A stretch of 64,000 bases of DNA from Planctomycetota bacterium (lineage in GTDB: Bacteria > Planctomycetota > GCA-002687715 > DRQF01): positions 66,437 through 130,436 of the forward strand of contig JAZGFI010000170.1 in the NCBI GenBank assembly GCA_036479435.1, read 5' to 3'. Both the position numbers and the translations under genes were made by a program. Shown in pieces: positions 1 to 11,712 of the stretch (position 1 is its first letter; each line of letters opens with the position of its first letter). Below the pieces are notes generated by a model. That model did no database searches and was not told the origin of the DNA. It was given only the letters and a program-made list of their open reading frames with translations.

Positions 1-1
1 A

Positions 2-787
<786 letters not shown>

Positions 788-862
788 GCCGATAGCCTTG
801 ATGGCAACGGTGACTTTGCATTGACAATCAACTCATAAATGAACTCGGGAAACGATTTAGAA

Positions 863-2785
863 ATGAGCGCGGACTCCACAACCAGCAAGCACGAATTTCA
901 GGCCGAAGTAAAACAAGTCTTGGATATCGTTATCAACTCTCTCTATAGTCATCGCGAGATCTTTTTGCGTGAGTTGATCTCAAACGCAGCGGACGCCATG
1001 GACAAGCTGAGATTCCAGGCGGTCACCGATCACAGCCTGATGGACGGCGACGAAACGCTCGAAATCAAGATCTTGCCCGACCCAGACAACAAGTGCCTCA
1101 CTATCGTCGACAATGGCATCGGCATGACGAAGGACGAGCTCGTTCAACACTTGGGTACCATTGCCCATTCGGGTTCCAAGTCCTTTGTTGATGCGCTGAA
1201 ACAAAAGGGAGACGGCGACGAAGTCGATCTCATCGGCCGCTTCGGCGTCGGATTCTACAGCGCGTTCTTAGTCGCCGACGAAGTCGAAGTTGTGTCACGA
1301 GCGGCCGGCCAAGACGAGGCCTGGTCTTGGCGTTCCAAAGCCGACGGTACCTTCGAAATCACCGAGGCCAAGCGGAGTGAACGCGGCACCGAGATCCACC
1401 TTTACCTCGGCGATGATCACCAAGAGTTCTTGGACGAGTGGCGGCTTAAGACTCTTGTCAAACGCTACTCCGACTACATCGGTCATCCCATCAAACTCGC
1501 GGTGACGCGTAGTGAAGGCGAGGGCGACGATGCGACCGAAAAGACCGAACTCGAGGTCGTGAACGAAGGGCAAGCGCTTTGGCGACGCCCCAAGAGCGAG
1601 ATCAAAGACGAACAGTACGAAGAGTTCTACAAGCACCTCACGCACGACTTTGAACCGCCGGTGGCGCGCAACCATTTCAAGATCGAGGGAACCCAGGAAT
1701 TCATTGGCCTTTTGTTTCTGCCCAAAAATCCCCCCTTCGACATGTGGGACCGGGATCACCGTCGCGGCGTCCGTCTTTACGTCAAGCGCGTGTTCATCAT
1801 GGACGACTGCGAGGAGATCCTGCCGACCTGGTTGCGCTTCGTGCGAGGAATCGTCGATTCAGACGATCTGCCCCTGAACGTGTCGCGAGAGATGCTGCAA
1901 GAGGACCGGACGGTTCGCAACATCCGCAAGAACGTCATCAAAAAGGCACTCGATGCCATCGAAAGCCTCGCGAAGAGCGACGTCGGTGCCTACGTGGAGT
2001 TCTGGGGTCACTACGGCGCAGTTTTGAAAGAGGGACTCCACGACGACCCCGCCGCCAAGGACCAGCTTTCCCGGCTCGTCCGCTACATCTCGACCAAAGA
2101 AGAATTGACGTCGCTTGAGGACTACGTCAAGCGTATGCCCGAGGGCCAAGAGTCGATCTACTACGCCATGGGACCGACGCGCAACACGGTCGAGGGAAGT
2201 CCTCATTTGGAGAGCCTCGCCAAAAAAGGCTACGAAGTGTTGTTGATGATCGACCCCGTCGATGAGTGGGCGGTTAGGGGGCTCGGCGAATTTGACGGCA
2301 AAAAGCTCGTTTCCGCGATGCAAACTGACCTTGAACTCGGCGAGGAAAGCGAAGCCGACAAGACGAAGTCAGAAGCGGCGACGAAGGACCTCGGCGGGCT
2401 TTTGACCAAGATCAAAGAAACTCTGTCGGATCAGGTTGCGGAGGTTCGCATTTCGAAGCGCCTGACCGAATCCCCAACTTGCTTGGTCGTTCCAGATGGC
2501 GGCGCGCACGCGCACATCGAGCGGATGATCCGGGCCCAAGGGGGTGACGCTCCGCAAACCAAGCGCGTTTTCGAGCTCAACCCAGATCACCAAGTGATCA
2601 AAGGGCTCAGTCGTTTGCTCGGGCAAAAAGGCGAAGAAGCCGCGGTTAAGGAGTGGATCTACACTCTTTACGACCAAGCCCTCTTGGCCGAGGGCAGCCC
2701 CGTTGCCGACCCGGCGAGTTTCGCACGCCGGATGTCAAAACTCATGAGCCAAGCTCTTCCCAAAGAGGCTGGCGCGGAGTCCTAG
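863..2785 (+). CDS. htpG: Hsp90 chaperone HtpG
   Basis: FQAEVKQVLDIVINSLYS, ELISNA, DNGIGMT, IGRFGVGFYSAF, LPLNVSRE; start 863 or 839. Confidence 0.97.
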   Translation: MSADSTTSKHEFQAEVKQVLDIVINSLYSHREIFLRELISNAADAMDKLRFQAVTDHSLMDGDETLEIKILPDPDNKCLTIVDNGIGMTKDELVQHLGTIAHSGSKSFVDALKQKGDGDEVDLIGRFGVGFYSAFLVADEVEVVSRAAGQDEAWSWRSKADGTFEITEAKRSERGTEIHLYLGDDHQEFLDEWRLKTLVKRYSDYIGHPIKLAVTRSEGEGDDATEKTELEVVNEGQALWRRPKSEIKDEQYEEFYKHLTHDFEPPVARNHFKIEGTQEFIGLLFLPKNPPFDMWDRDHRRGVRLYVKRVFIMDDCEEILPTWLRFVRGIVDSDDLPLNVSREMLQEDRTVRNIRKNVIKKALDAIESLAKSDVGAYVEFWGHYGAVLKEGLHDDPAAKDQLSRLVRYISTKEELTSLEDYVKRMPEGQESIYYAMGPTRNTVEGSPHLESLAKKGYEVLLMIDPVDEWAVRGLGEFDGKKLVSAMQTDLELGEESEADKTKSEAATKDLGGLLTKIKETLSDQVAEVRISKRLTESPTCLVVPDGGAHAHIERMIRAQGGDAPQTKRVFELNPDHQVIKGLSRLLGQKGEEAAVKEWIYTLYDQALLAEGSPVADPASFARRMSKLMSQALPKEAGAES

Positions 2786-2799
2786 CCTTCAACCTGGGG

Positions 2800-5700
2800 T
2801 CAGGCCTCAAGGCGAGTCTGCGCGACTTCCTTGAGGCCCCTCAGATCGAGTTTTCCGCTGCCCAACAGTGGCAGCTCGTCGACCTGAAGGCAGTGGGCGG
2901 GCTTGGGCACAAAGAGATTGGGCAATCCCGCCGCCGTGGCCTTCTTGAGCATGGCGGCGAGGTCGGCCTCGTTCATGGTGTGAATCAACACAAGCCGCTC
3001 GCCCTTTTTTTCGTCGGCCAAGGCGGTGACCGCCAAGATGCGTTCCTCGGCCCCCGCGGCTTCGATAAGAGCCTCCTCGACGCGGCCATGGGGCACCATT
3101 TCGCCGCCGATTTTTGAGAACCTCGACATCCGATCGGTGATGAACAAAAAGCCGAGTTCGTCGCGGTGCCCAATGTCGCCGCTTCGGTACCAACGCGAAG
3201 CTGCACTTTGACCCCCACCGTCCACAAAGGCCTCTTCGCTAAGCTCTGCCTGGCCGATGTAACCACGCATCAAGTTGGGACCTTGCACGAGAACCAGGCC
3301 ATCGTCGCCGCGCTCAACCGTTTCAAGGGTTTCGGGATTGACGACCCTCAGGGCGACACCGGGGACTGGCTTGCCCGCCGAGCCCGTACGCCAACCGACT
3401 TGCAAGATGCCAGCGCCGCGCCAGTTGGGGGAGTTGACGCATATGACCGGCGAGCATTCGGTGGCACCGTAGCCCTCATAAACGGGTGTTCCGAACTTCT
3501 GCTCGAAGGCCACATTGAGTTTTTGCGGCAGTCGTTCTGCTCCGGCAACCACGAGGCGCAGCGAGCCGAAGGCCCCCGGCGGTACTCGCCGCAAATAGAT
3601 CTGCAGAAAAGTCGGTGTCGCCATGAGCAGCGTTAGTTTCTGCTCGACGACCGTGGCGGCGACGGCGCTGCCGTCAAGAGGATTCGGGGTAAAGGCCGTT
3701 GGCATCCCGTGGCTGCAAGCGAGCCAAAAACTCATGGTGCCGAAGGCGTGGAAGAAGGGCAGTGAGCCCAGCATTCGATCCTTGTCGCTCAGAGGAAGTG
3801 ATTGTGAGATAGACTCGAGGTTGGCGCCGATGTGACCGTGCTCAAGGAGTATGCCCTTGGGATCGCCCGAGCTGCCACTCGAAAAAAGAATCGCCGCGAG
3901 GTCGTTCGGCTTCACGCCACGATCGGCTCCCGCGGCTTTTTCTAACCAGGATGCCGGGAGAGCGAACACCGCAAGGATGGCCGTTAGTTTCTCGACCGCA
4001 GAGACCTCTTCAAAGAGCGCGGCGATGTCCACGGCTTCAACGTGACTCGGGAGCTCGACATTCAATTTTTCGAGCAGCATCGGGGTCGTGAGGACTTGGT
4101 CAACTTGGGCCTTTTTGAATGCGGAAGCGAGGGCTTTGGGGCCGACGGTGGGGTTGAGGTTGATGACGGCGCGTCCGCTGAGACTCGCCGCAAGATTCGC
4201 GATCCCCGCGGCGCGGGTGGCCGGAAGTAATAGGGCGAGTCGGTCGTGACGGTGAAGGCTTTTGCGCAACCGCCGCGCAAGAATGAAGGCAGCGGAGGCG
4301 TCGACGATTCGTTTCGAGAATGACTCGGTTCCGTCCGCAAAAGACTCCCCCAATGGGTGCCAGCGCGCGCGCCGAAAAAAGGGCCGGTGAAGCGCTTCCC
4401 GTTCATTATTACGCGCGATCCAGGCCGCGGATTCGAGCTCTTCGATCTTTTGACGAATCAGCGCAGGTGAGCTATTTGCAGCGAGGGCTTTACCGAAAGA
4501 AACCGTTTGCTTGCGACGCCATCCGGCGTGGTGGCGGCCGAGGGCTTTGCCGCGAGACGGGGCGAAGAATCCGCCCCAAAGGCGATCGAGGTGCGCGGGG
4601 ATAACGGGTACGTCCCGGCCTTTGAGCATGCGTTCAATGCCGCGCTGCAGAGGCTGCATCGTGCCCGTGCGGCAGATTTGGCCCTCGGCGAAGATGCAGA
4701 CCAGATCGCCATCATCCAACGCCTTCCCTGCCTCGCGCAGTGAACGCAACAGATCCGCTGGTCTGCCGCGCGCGTCAATCGGGATCGCTCCTTGCTCGTC
4801 GAGGCGTTTTTTGAACAGTTTGTTTTCGTAGAAGCTCTTGTCGATGATGTAGCGCACTGGGCGTTTTGCCGCGAGCCCGATGAGCCACCAATCTGCGTAG
4901 GAAAGGTGGTTTGAAACGATGAGAGCGCTGCCTTCCTCTGGGATGTTTTCAAAGCCGCGTGTTCGCACTTTGAAGAGCAAGGCGCCGAGGGCCACGAAGA
5001 ACATGCGGATGAAATCAGCCGGGATCTTGCGGCGCGAGACGGCAAAGGCCACTAAGGAAAGGACACCGGCGGCGGCGAACAGTCCCTGGCTGCTAAACTC
5101 AAACCAACGGGATAGACCCAGCGCCAGCAGCGAACCCACGAGGGTGGCCGTGAAGACCAAGACGTTTGACAGGGCGATGACCGCGCCCTTCGCGCTCTTC
5201 GGTGCTCGCGCTTGAATGAAGGCGTCGAGCGGCACGACGATCAACCCTCCGGCAAAGCCGAGCGCGGCCATGAGGATCAAAGTCAGAACCAACCCGGGTC
5301 CCAACAGACCTTGTGCAATGGCGGTAATACCCAGTAGGCCAAAACCGAGCGGCACCAAGCCGACCTCAATCCTCTCGCCAGAAACGCGACCTGCAAAAAA
5401 ACAACCGATGCCGATTCCAAGCCCGCAGGCGGCGATGGGAATACCGGTCAATCCGTCGTCGAGCCCCAGCTTGGTCTTGGCGTAGACCAAAACCGTCTGA
5501 CTTGCCAAACTCGCCAAGAGCCAGAAAAAAGCAGAGCCCAAAACCGCGCGCTGGAGCCGGATATCAGTGCGGAGCGATTGCCAGCCGGTTCGCATCGACG
5601 CAAAGGCGTCGCCATCACCGGAGGCCGCCGCAGCGGGTACCGGCGGGATGCCGAATGAGAAGAAAAAGCCCAAAAGACCGAGTGCGAACAACACAATTCC

Positions 5701-6243
5701 CGCGCGAAAGGGACCCGCGTCGCTGTCCCCAAGAAGAAGGCCTCCGGCCGCCGTGCCGAAGATGATGGCGAGGAAGGTTGTGAGTTCCAGGACACCGTTG
5801 GCACGAGACAGTCTCTCCTCCGGCAAGATCTCGGGCAAGATGCCGTACTTTGCGGGACTGAAGAGGGCGCTTTGCAATCCCATCGCCGCCAAGATGACCA
5901 GTGGCGTCGTGAAGTTCGTCGAACCGGATGCGAGCCAGCCGAGAGCCGCGCCCATGAGAAGAACTTCCATGAACTTCATCATGACCAAGATGCGCTTTTT
6001 GCTCAGCCGATCGGCAAGAAAGCCGGCAGGGATCGAGAAGAGAATGAGCGGTATCGTGAAGACGATGAAAGTCTGCGTCGTCCGATAAAAGAACGCCTCT
6101 TCAATCTCAGCTGCGCTCCCGAGTCCGACACTGACGCTGCGCATGGCGAGGATAGCGATGATGAGCTTCCAGGCGTTGTCGTTGAAGGCACCCAAGAACT
6201 GAGTGATCAACAATGAGCTCGGAAGGTTTTTCAGCTGCGACAA
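2800..6243 (-). CDS. aas: Trifunctional MFS (LplT-like) / PlsC acyltransferase / acyl-ACP synthetase
   Basis: QFLGAFNDN and FSPAKYGILPE (MFS), NHLSYAD and FAEG (PlsC), FSSGSSGDPKG, YEGYGATE, SRFSKIGGEMV (AMP-binding); start chosen at TTG 6243, uncertain. Confidence 0.9.
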   Translation of the reverse strand: MSQLKNLPSSLLITQFLGAFNDNAWKLIIAILAMRSVSVGLGSAAEIEEAFFYRTTQTFIVFTIPLILFSIPAGFLADRLSKKRILVMMKFMEVLLMGAALGWLASGSTNFTTPLVILAAMGLQSALFSPAKYGILPEILPEERLSRANGVLELTTFLAIIFGTAAGGLLLGDSDAGPFRAGIVLFALGLLGFFFSFGIPPVPAAAASGDGDAFASMRTGWQSLRTDIRLQRAVLGSAFFWLLASLASQTVLVYAKTKLGLDDGLTGIPIAACGLGIGIGCFFAGRVSGERIEVGLVPLGFGLLGITAIAQGLLGPGLVLTLILMAALGFAGGLIVVPLDAFIQARAPKSAKGAVIALSNVLVFTATLVGSLLALGLSRWFEFSSQGLFAAAGVLSLVAFAVSRRKIPADFIRMFFVALGALLFKVRTRGFENIPEEGSALIVSNHLSYADWWLIGLAAKRPVRYIIDKSFYENKLFKKRLDEQGAIPIDARGRPADLLRSLREAGKALDDGDLVCIFAEGQICRTGTMQPLQRGIERMLKGRDVPVIPAHLDRLWGGFFAPSRGKALGRHHAGWRRKQTVSFGKALAANSSPALIRQKIEELESAAWIARNNEREALHRPFFRRARWHPLGESFADGTESFSKRIVDASAAFILARRLRKSLHRHDRLALLLPATRAAGIANLAASLSGRAVINLNPTVGPKALASAFKKAQVDQVLTTPMLLEKLNVELPSHVEAVDIAALFEEVSAVEKLTAILAVFALPASWLEKAAGADRGVKPNDLAAILFSSGSSGDPKGILLEHGHIGANLESISQSLPLSDKDRMLGSLPFFHAFGTMSFWLACSHGMPTAFTPNPLDGSAVAATVVEQKLTLLMATPTFLQIYLRRVPPGAFGSLRLVVAGAERLPQKLNVAFEQKFGTPVYEGYGATECSPVICVNSPNWRGAGILQVGWRTGSAGKPVPGVALRVVNPETLETVERGDDGLVLVQGPNLMRGYIGQAELSEEAFVDGGGQSAASRWYRSGDIGHRDELGFLFITDRMSRFSKIGGEMVPHGRVEEALIEAAGAEERILAVTALADEKKGERLVLIHTMNEADLAAMLKKATAAGLPNLFVPKPAHCLQVDELPLLGSGKLDLRGLKEVAQTRLEA

Positions 6244-6418
6244 GGTTTGTTCCCATCGAAGGACCAAAGAGCGAAGAAGAGCAAGAGTCAAATTGTGACG
6301 CACAGAACCAAAAGCGCCGTGGGCGAATTCCGGCCTTTGAGGCCTGTGCTCTGGGAAGTATCGCCTGAAAACGCCACTACGTCGCGTCTTCTCTTTGATG
6401 AGGGTCAATAAGTCTTGC

Positions 6419-7315
6419 TTATTGAACGTCGGTCGCCCAGCTTGGGTCAATTTTGATCCGGAAGTGGTCCCCAGAGCCCCAGACTTCCCGGTGCCCGTTG
6501 GCGTATTCTATCTTGAGGTGGCCGCTTTCATCGAGGCCCAGAACGCGAACGACGACTTGTTTGTCGCCAGCGGTGGCCGCGATGTTTTTGCCGAACATAC
6601 GACTGGATTGGCGAAACTCGGTGCGAAGGTCACTGGAGGGGCGAAGGGCTTCGAATGAGTCGAGAATCGTCGCTATCAGCGCGCTGGGACTGGGCAGTGG
6701 GGAGGCGGTCTCGTTTTTTTTGGTCTGGTCGTGTGAACGTAACGAAATTCCCAGTCCCTCCAGGTCTTTGGGGAATCTTACTTGGTAGAGGTTGAGGCCC
6801 AGGCCAATCGCGGCGAGCGTGTGCCCCGAGGGATCGGTCCGGGTTTGGATGAGGCAACCCCCGAGTTTTGCCGCTCCGAGCAGGATGTCATTGGGCCACT
6901 TTAGGTGGACGTCGTAGCCGTGTTTGCGGAGAGCTCGCAAGGCGGCAAGGGCGGGCCAAAAGGCGAAGGGGCGTGGCGAGTCCAAAAGTGATTCGATCCG
7001 CGTCATCCAAAGTCCCGCCCCGGGCGGAGACCACCAGCTACGATCGCCGGTGCCGCGCCCGGCGTCTTGGGAATACGCAAGGTAGCAGTCCCCGACTTGC
7101 GCCGAGCCGGACCCAATGTCGCGCAGGGCTTGCGCATTGGTGGAGTCAATGGTCTCGTAGACCGAAAGCCGACTTTTGGTTTGCTCTCGAGAGAACAGGT
7201 CCTGCAGGGAAGCTGCGAAACTCGAAAAGTCCGGGGGGTAAAGCGAGGAAGTCAAAAAGAGGGGCGTCCGCGGGGTTACTCGAATGGAAGAGTGGCACCG
7301 GCGGATTGTGCCCAA
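6419..7315 (-). CDS. birA: Biotin--acetyl-CoA-carboxylase ligase without HTH; true start probably further downstream
   Basis: IDSTN, QDAGRG..RSWWSP, KWPND, KLGGCL, GLGLNL motifs. Confidence 0.88.
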   Translation of the reverse strand: MGTIRRCHSSIRVTPRTPLFLTSSLYPPDFSSFAASLQDLFSREQTKSRLSVYETIDSTNAQALRDIGSGSAQVGDCYLAYSQDAGRGTGDRSWWSPPGAGLWMTRIESLLDSPRPFAFWPALAALRALRKHGYDVHLKWPNDILLGAAKLGGCLIQTRTDPSGHTLAAIGLGLNLYQVRFPKDLEGLGISLRSHDQTKKNETASPLPSPSALIATILDSFEALRPSSDLRTEFRQSSRMFGKNIAATAGDKQVVVRVLGLDESGHLKIEYANGHREVWGSGDHFRIKIDPSWATDVQ

Positions 7316-7321
7316 TTGTGA

Positions 7322-7945
7322 TTAGAAACTGAAGTCTTTGAAGGCTCGCATCAGGTCGAGGCCGATTTTCGTTCCCAAAAGGGCAACGATGATGGCCAAC
7401 AGACGAACTTTCCAAACCGCGGCCCGCGACGTTTTGCGCGCGGTGACATCGACGTCATAGACCCTATCCCAATTCTCGGAATCGGAGTCGAGGACCTCGT
7501 AGGTCTCAAATTCCCCCTCGTCATCTTCGATGTCGGGCATGATGGCTTGTCCGGCGGCGGGGGTGAGCGGCAGCTTGTTGCTGAAGTTGAGGCGGATACG
7601 TGGCCCAAGGCGCCCCAATTGAATCTCGTCGCCGTCGTCGAGGCGGGCGCGCTCAACCGAAATACCGTTGAGAAAAGTCCCGTTCAGGCTCCCAAAATCA
7701 TAGAGGAAGATCCCGTCGTGCTCGCTGCGGATTCCCGCGTGTCGCGACGAAACGGAGCGGTCCTCGAAGAGGTCGAGCGCAATGTCGTTTCCGTGCCCGC
7801 GTCCAATCATCAGGAACTCGCGGAGAAAGGTCTCAGACTCACCTTCCCTGGTGCCGCTCAAGTAGGCGAGCTCCAAGGAGGGGCTGCGACTCGCGGGGGT
7901 TCGAGTGTGTCCTGCCTTTTTTAAGGCTTCATGAATTCGGCTCAT
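7322..7945 (-). CDS. FHA-domain protein with C-terminal TM helix
   Basis: IGRG..NDI, VSSRHA, DFGSLNGTFLNG, LDDGDEIQLG; acidic linker, then hydrophobic tail. Confidence 0.85.
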   Translation of the reverse strand: MSRIHEALKKAGHTRTPASRSPSLELAYLSGTREGESETFLREFLMIGRGHGNDIALDLFEDRSVSSRHAGIRSEHDGIFLYDFGSLNGTFLNGISVERARLDDGDEIQLGRLGPRIRLNFSNKLPLTPAAGQAIMPDIEDDEGEFETYEVLDSDSENWDRVYDVDVTARKTSRAAVWKVRLLAIIVALLGTKIGLDLMRAFKDFSF

Positions 7946-8185
7946 CTTGGCGATGTGCTCCGGCAACCAGTGAACTGTGCCTGGGGGTACGAGAAGCATG
8001 GAGCATTGGGAGGCTCGCCCAAAGTCCACCCGCTCTCCACCCCGAAAGGATAGGCGAAGACTTTTGTGGCGTCGATCCCCGCTGGCCCTTTGTTTCCAAT
8101 GACTTGTGTAGATTGTCCTGGGGCCTGGGATGCCCAGAAATCGACCTTGGAGCGGGTATTCTTCGAGCCAATCAGTGTAAAAGGG

Positions 8186-9466
8186 CTAGGCCCGGATGCT
8201 TCCCAATGGGGGTTCATGGGAGGGCAAGGCTGGGGACTCATTGGTCTGGGGGTCGCCGAGGAGACGGGCGATGGACGCGGTTGAATCAAATTGCTGCAAC
8301 ACGAGCTTGACGGTAACGGTGATGGGCGCGGCGAGAATCATGCCCGTGATACCCCAAAGCCAGCCCCAAAACGCCAAGGCCAAAAGGATGGCGACGGGGC
8401 TCAAGCCGAGGCCTTTGCCCTGGATGCGGGGTTCAACGAGGTTGCCAATGACCTGCTGCACTCCCGTGAGCGCGGAAACTAAGCCCAAGGTGCCCCAGGG
8501 GCTCGTGCCTTCTTGCAATAAGTAGACCACCGCCGGAATGATGGTGGCGACCAAAGAACCGATGTAGGGAATGAAGTTCAACAAGAACACCAAGATCGCG
8601 AAAGTCGTGATGTAGTGCACTCCGAAAATCCACATCACCAGGGCCGAGGCGAGTGCCGTAATGAGGCTGATGACGACCTTGAGTGCGACATAGCGTTGAA
8701 TGCTCTGGTCAATTTCGTCGATGACCCGAAGGATGTTTTTCGACCGTTGGCCGTCGTAGGCGCCACGGATGCGCTGCGGCAATTGATCGATCTCGACCAT
8801 CAAGAACAGCATGAAAATCAAGATGATGATGAGGTCGCTGATGAAACTCAAAAACGCCGACGTTCCGCTACCGGCGATGGCCATGAGGCGCCGGGGGTCG
8901 AACTCTCGCAGTAGCTCTCTAACGAGTCCCGAATTGTCATCCTTTTTTATCGCCGAAGAACCGGGCTCTGAGGGCGATTCCGAATCGGCAGTCGATGGTG
9001 TGGACTCGTCATCTTCGCTGGTAACCGGAGTCTCGCCCGACTCTGAAAACAGGCCGACGAAACGCTGAAAAGTCGGACGGAATCGACTGACGTAGTCGTT
9101 GAGCTTGGCCGCGTATTCGATGCGATGAGCATCGCTTGATTCATCAAACTGGGCGACGTCTCGAGCCGCCACCTGCCCGCCGAGGAAACACAATCCTCCG
9201 ACCATCGTCGCCGCGAGGACATAGCCTACGATGGTTGAGCCTGCGACCTTGACGCAAAACCCGGTCATCGGTCGCAGGGCGAAAGTCAAAAACACGGCGA
9301 CAAAGAAGGGGCGAAAAACGGACTCCGCCACCGACAACGCGAGAATTCCGATGGAGACAATGATCAGGGCCGCGGCCAAACGAAAGCTCAGGGGCCAGTC
9401 CGCTCCAGGAAGTGTGCTTTCTCCGGCGACGTCGTCATGATCGGCTGGCGGGCTGGACTTGCTCAT
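8186..9466 (-). CDS. AI-2E family transporter
   Basis: Multi-TM; LNFIPYIG, GNLVEPRIQG, LAFWGWLWGITGMILAAPIT. Confidence 0.9.
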   Translation of the reverse strand: MSKSSPPADHDDVAGESTLPGADWPLSFRLAAALIIVSIGILALSVAESVFRPFFVAVFLTFALRPMTGFCVKVAGSTIVGYVLAATMVGGLCFLGGQVAARDVAQFDESSDAHRIEYAAKLNDYVSRFRPTFQRFVGLFSESGETPVTSEDDESTPSTADSESPSEPGSSAIKKDDNSGLVRELLREFDPRRLMAIAGSGTSAFLSFISDLIIILIFMLFLMVEIDQLPQRIRGAYDGQRSKNILRVIDEIDQSIQRYVALKVVISLITALASALVMWIFGVHYITTFAILVFLLNFIPYIGSLVATIIPAVVYLLQEGTSPWGTLGLVSALTGVQQVIGNLVEPRIQGKGLGLSPVAILLALAFWGWLWGITGMILAAPITVTVKLVLQQFDSTASIARLLGDPQTNESPALPSHEPPLGSIRA

Positions 9467-9484
9467 GCGGTGACTCTCCGAAAT

Positions 9485-11449
9485 TCAAGGAAGCCTTTTG
9501 ATGACAAAAGACTCCCAGAGTTCGACAATTCCCCAATCCTCCTCCATCGCCACGAACCTTTCGCCGCGCGCAGGCTGACGCAACCACTGATTGCGATAGA
9601 AATCGTACTTGCGAAAGCCGGAGCCGTCGACTATCCCGATTTGCGAGGGGGTCCGCGGCGAGCCGACGTAGCAAAATACCGATTCTGGCAGAGCGACGCG
9701 GCTGCTCTCCTCTTGGCACAGGGCATTGTGGAGTACCGTGTCGACGCGACTCAATGGCAGCGGAGTGTCGGGTGGCGTCCAGGTCGAGCCGATGATCTTG
9801 GCCATGGTCTCATTTTGCTCGAAACTCAAAAATGTTCCATGCCCCAGGGAGCCGTCGTCAAAAAGTTCCTCGCCGTGATCGCCGATGACCAAGATGATGG
9901 TGTCGGCATCGAGATTTCGAGTGGCGAGGCCTCGCTGCAATTCAGCGAAAGCATTGTCGGCAACGCGCGCGGCGTTGAAGTAGGTTGTGAGCAAGTCGTC
10001 TTTTCGGTCCGCGCTGATCTTACCCCGGGGCAAGAGTTTTTTGACGAGCGGCGTCGGGATGCCGTCATAGGAGTACGGAAAATGCATTTCTTGCCAGTTT
10101 AGATAGGCGAAGAATCGGCTACCCGCTGAGATTTCGTCGACCCACTCGAAAAAGCGCTGGTTCATGAGTGTCGCCGGCATTTTTAGCGATGCGGGCGTCG
10201 TGGACGGATACATGCGAGCGTCAGCGTCTTCGGTGCTGGCGTCTCTAAAGCGATCCGCGCGATCCATCCCGGCAAACTTTGCCTTGCCGCCGAAGCCCTC
10301 GTGTTGCGCTGAGAACACGCCGGTCTTGTAGCCTCGGTCGGCAAAGCGATCGAACATAGAGATGCCTTTAGCCTCTTCCGACAAAGTGCCGGTCAAGATG
10401 GCTACGACCGAAGGCGAAGTGAACGCGACATGAGAAACGGCGCGAAATTCATGACCAGGCGCTGAACGCAGCACGGGCATCACCCATTTGTCGCCTACTT
10501 TGGCCTGAATAAGCTCTGCGCGCGCCGACTCTAAGACGACCAAGATCACGTTCTTGTTCGCGAAGTTGGCGGTCCAAGGACGGGGCGCCATGTCCCAGTT
10601 GGCGAGTTTGAGATCACCGGCGACGCCGTTTTCATCGATGCCGTTGCCTGGAATCTCTACGGCATAAGGATGACGCGAACCGTCGAAGGGCGCGTGATCG
10701 CGAGGACGGGTCATGAGGCTGTAGCCGTCCAAGTCAAAGTCCGTCGCGTAGGTCCAGGGCAAGGTGTAGGCGCGGTGGGCGAGCGAATGGCCCAAGGCCC
10801 GGTGAAGCGGGGCGAAGGCCAAGCAGGTCAAAATCGGAATCATCAAAGCGATGAGGTTGAGAACCAAGAGCCCACGGTTCGACACGAGCCGTTTCGCCCA
10901 ACTGGCTTCTTGCAGTCTTGCGTTGAGCCGTCCGCCGAATCGCCGCAAGACCCAGATGCCCGCAATGAAGGCTATCAGGGCGCCAATGATGAGCGGCAAG
11001 AGCCCCAGTAGTTCGTCTTTGACGTAGCCCAGAGAGGTGGCCAGGTCACCGCCGCCCAGCTTTTTGATGACGCGCAGTTCGACAGTGTCCTTGAAATACT
11101 GCAAGGCTCTAAACTGAAGCGTGATCGCAAGGAAATAACTAAGCGTGACGAACGCTGCCGCGACGGCAGCTCGTTTTCGCCAAGCCGCCCGGATTCGTGA
11201 GAAAAGCGCGTGAGCGAGGACCGAACAGGTCAACACCAAGACGGAAATTTCGAAGGGCAAAAAAATGAGGTAAAGCACCGACTCGATGGCCGACATGGGC
11301 TCGGCTAGCAAAAAGGCCTGTCGGCCCATGAGCACGGCGTATTTGCGTTCGATCAGAACGAAGTTGTAGACCAACAACAGCGGTAGGACCGCCATGATCG
11401 GCAAGACAAGGCCGAGCCGGGCACTGACTATTCGATCGGTCTTCATCAT
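9485..11449 (-). CDS. Membrane-anchored sulfatase/LTA-synthase-like hydrolase or transferase
   Basis: N-terminal TMs; NVILVVLESAR, HFPY, GDHGEE, HG alkaline-phosphatase-superfamily motifs; DFDLDG and EIPGNGIDENG acidic loops. Confidence 0.8.
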   Translation of the reverse strand: MMKTDRIVSARLGLVLPIMAVLPLLLVYNFVLIERKYAVLMGRQAFLLAEPMSAIESVLYLIFLPFEISVLVLTCSVLAHALFSRIRAAWRKRAAVAAAFVTLSYFLAITLQFRALQYFKDTVELRVIKKLGGGDLATSLGYVKDELLGLLPLIIGALIAFIAGIWVLRRFGGRLNARLQEASWAKRLVSNRGLLVLNLIALMIPILTCLAFAPLHRALGHSLAHRAYTLPWTYATDFDLDGYSLMTRPRDHAPFDGSRHPYAVEIPGNGIDENGVAGDLKLANWDMAPRPWTANFANKNVILVVLESARAELIQAKVGDKWVMPVLRSAPGHEFRAVSHVAFTSPSVVAILTGTLSEEAKGISMFDRFADRGYKTGVFSAQHEGFGGKAKFAGMDRADRFRDASTEDADARMYPSTTPASLKMPATLMNQRFFEWVDEISAGSRFFAYLNWQEMHFPYSYDGIPTPLVKKLLPRGKISADRKDDLLTTYFNAARVADNAFAELQRGLATRNLDADTIILVIGDHGEELFDDGSLGHGTFLSFEQNETMAKIIGSTWTPPDTPLPLSRVDTVLHNALCQEESSRVALPESVFCYVGSPRTPSQIGIVDGSGFRKYDFYRNQWLRQPARGERFVAMEEDWGIVELWESFVIKRLP

Positions 11450-11712
11450 GCCCTCGCAGATTTGAGTAGTTCTTGATCAGCCAGCACCGGCGAGATCATC
11501 ATGGGGGTCAGAGGATTCCACATCGCTGCGATATTGCGAATATCTATGCTCGGCGCAACCTATAAATCGGCATTCCGAGACTTCAGAAAGCGGGCAAAGT
11601 GGGTCTGGGACTCAAGTTTTGACGATTGGGTAGTCGAAGAGTGAGGGCTCGGACCCCTATTCTGGATAGGGTGGTCCAATTCGACGCCGCAGGACTTTGG
11701 AGGGATTTCGAT

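Noticed and set aside
788..862. Sigma54 or sigma70 promoter before htpG (TGGCA...TTGCA; TTGACA)
   Set aside because: TGGC-TTGC spacing is 3 nt too long for -24/-12, TTGACA has no -10 at proper spacing, and no TGMCA-N3-TGKCA box was seen
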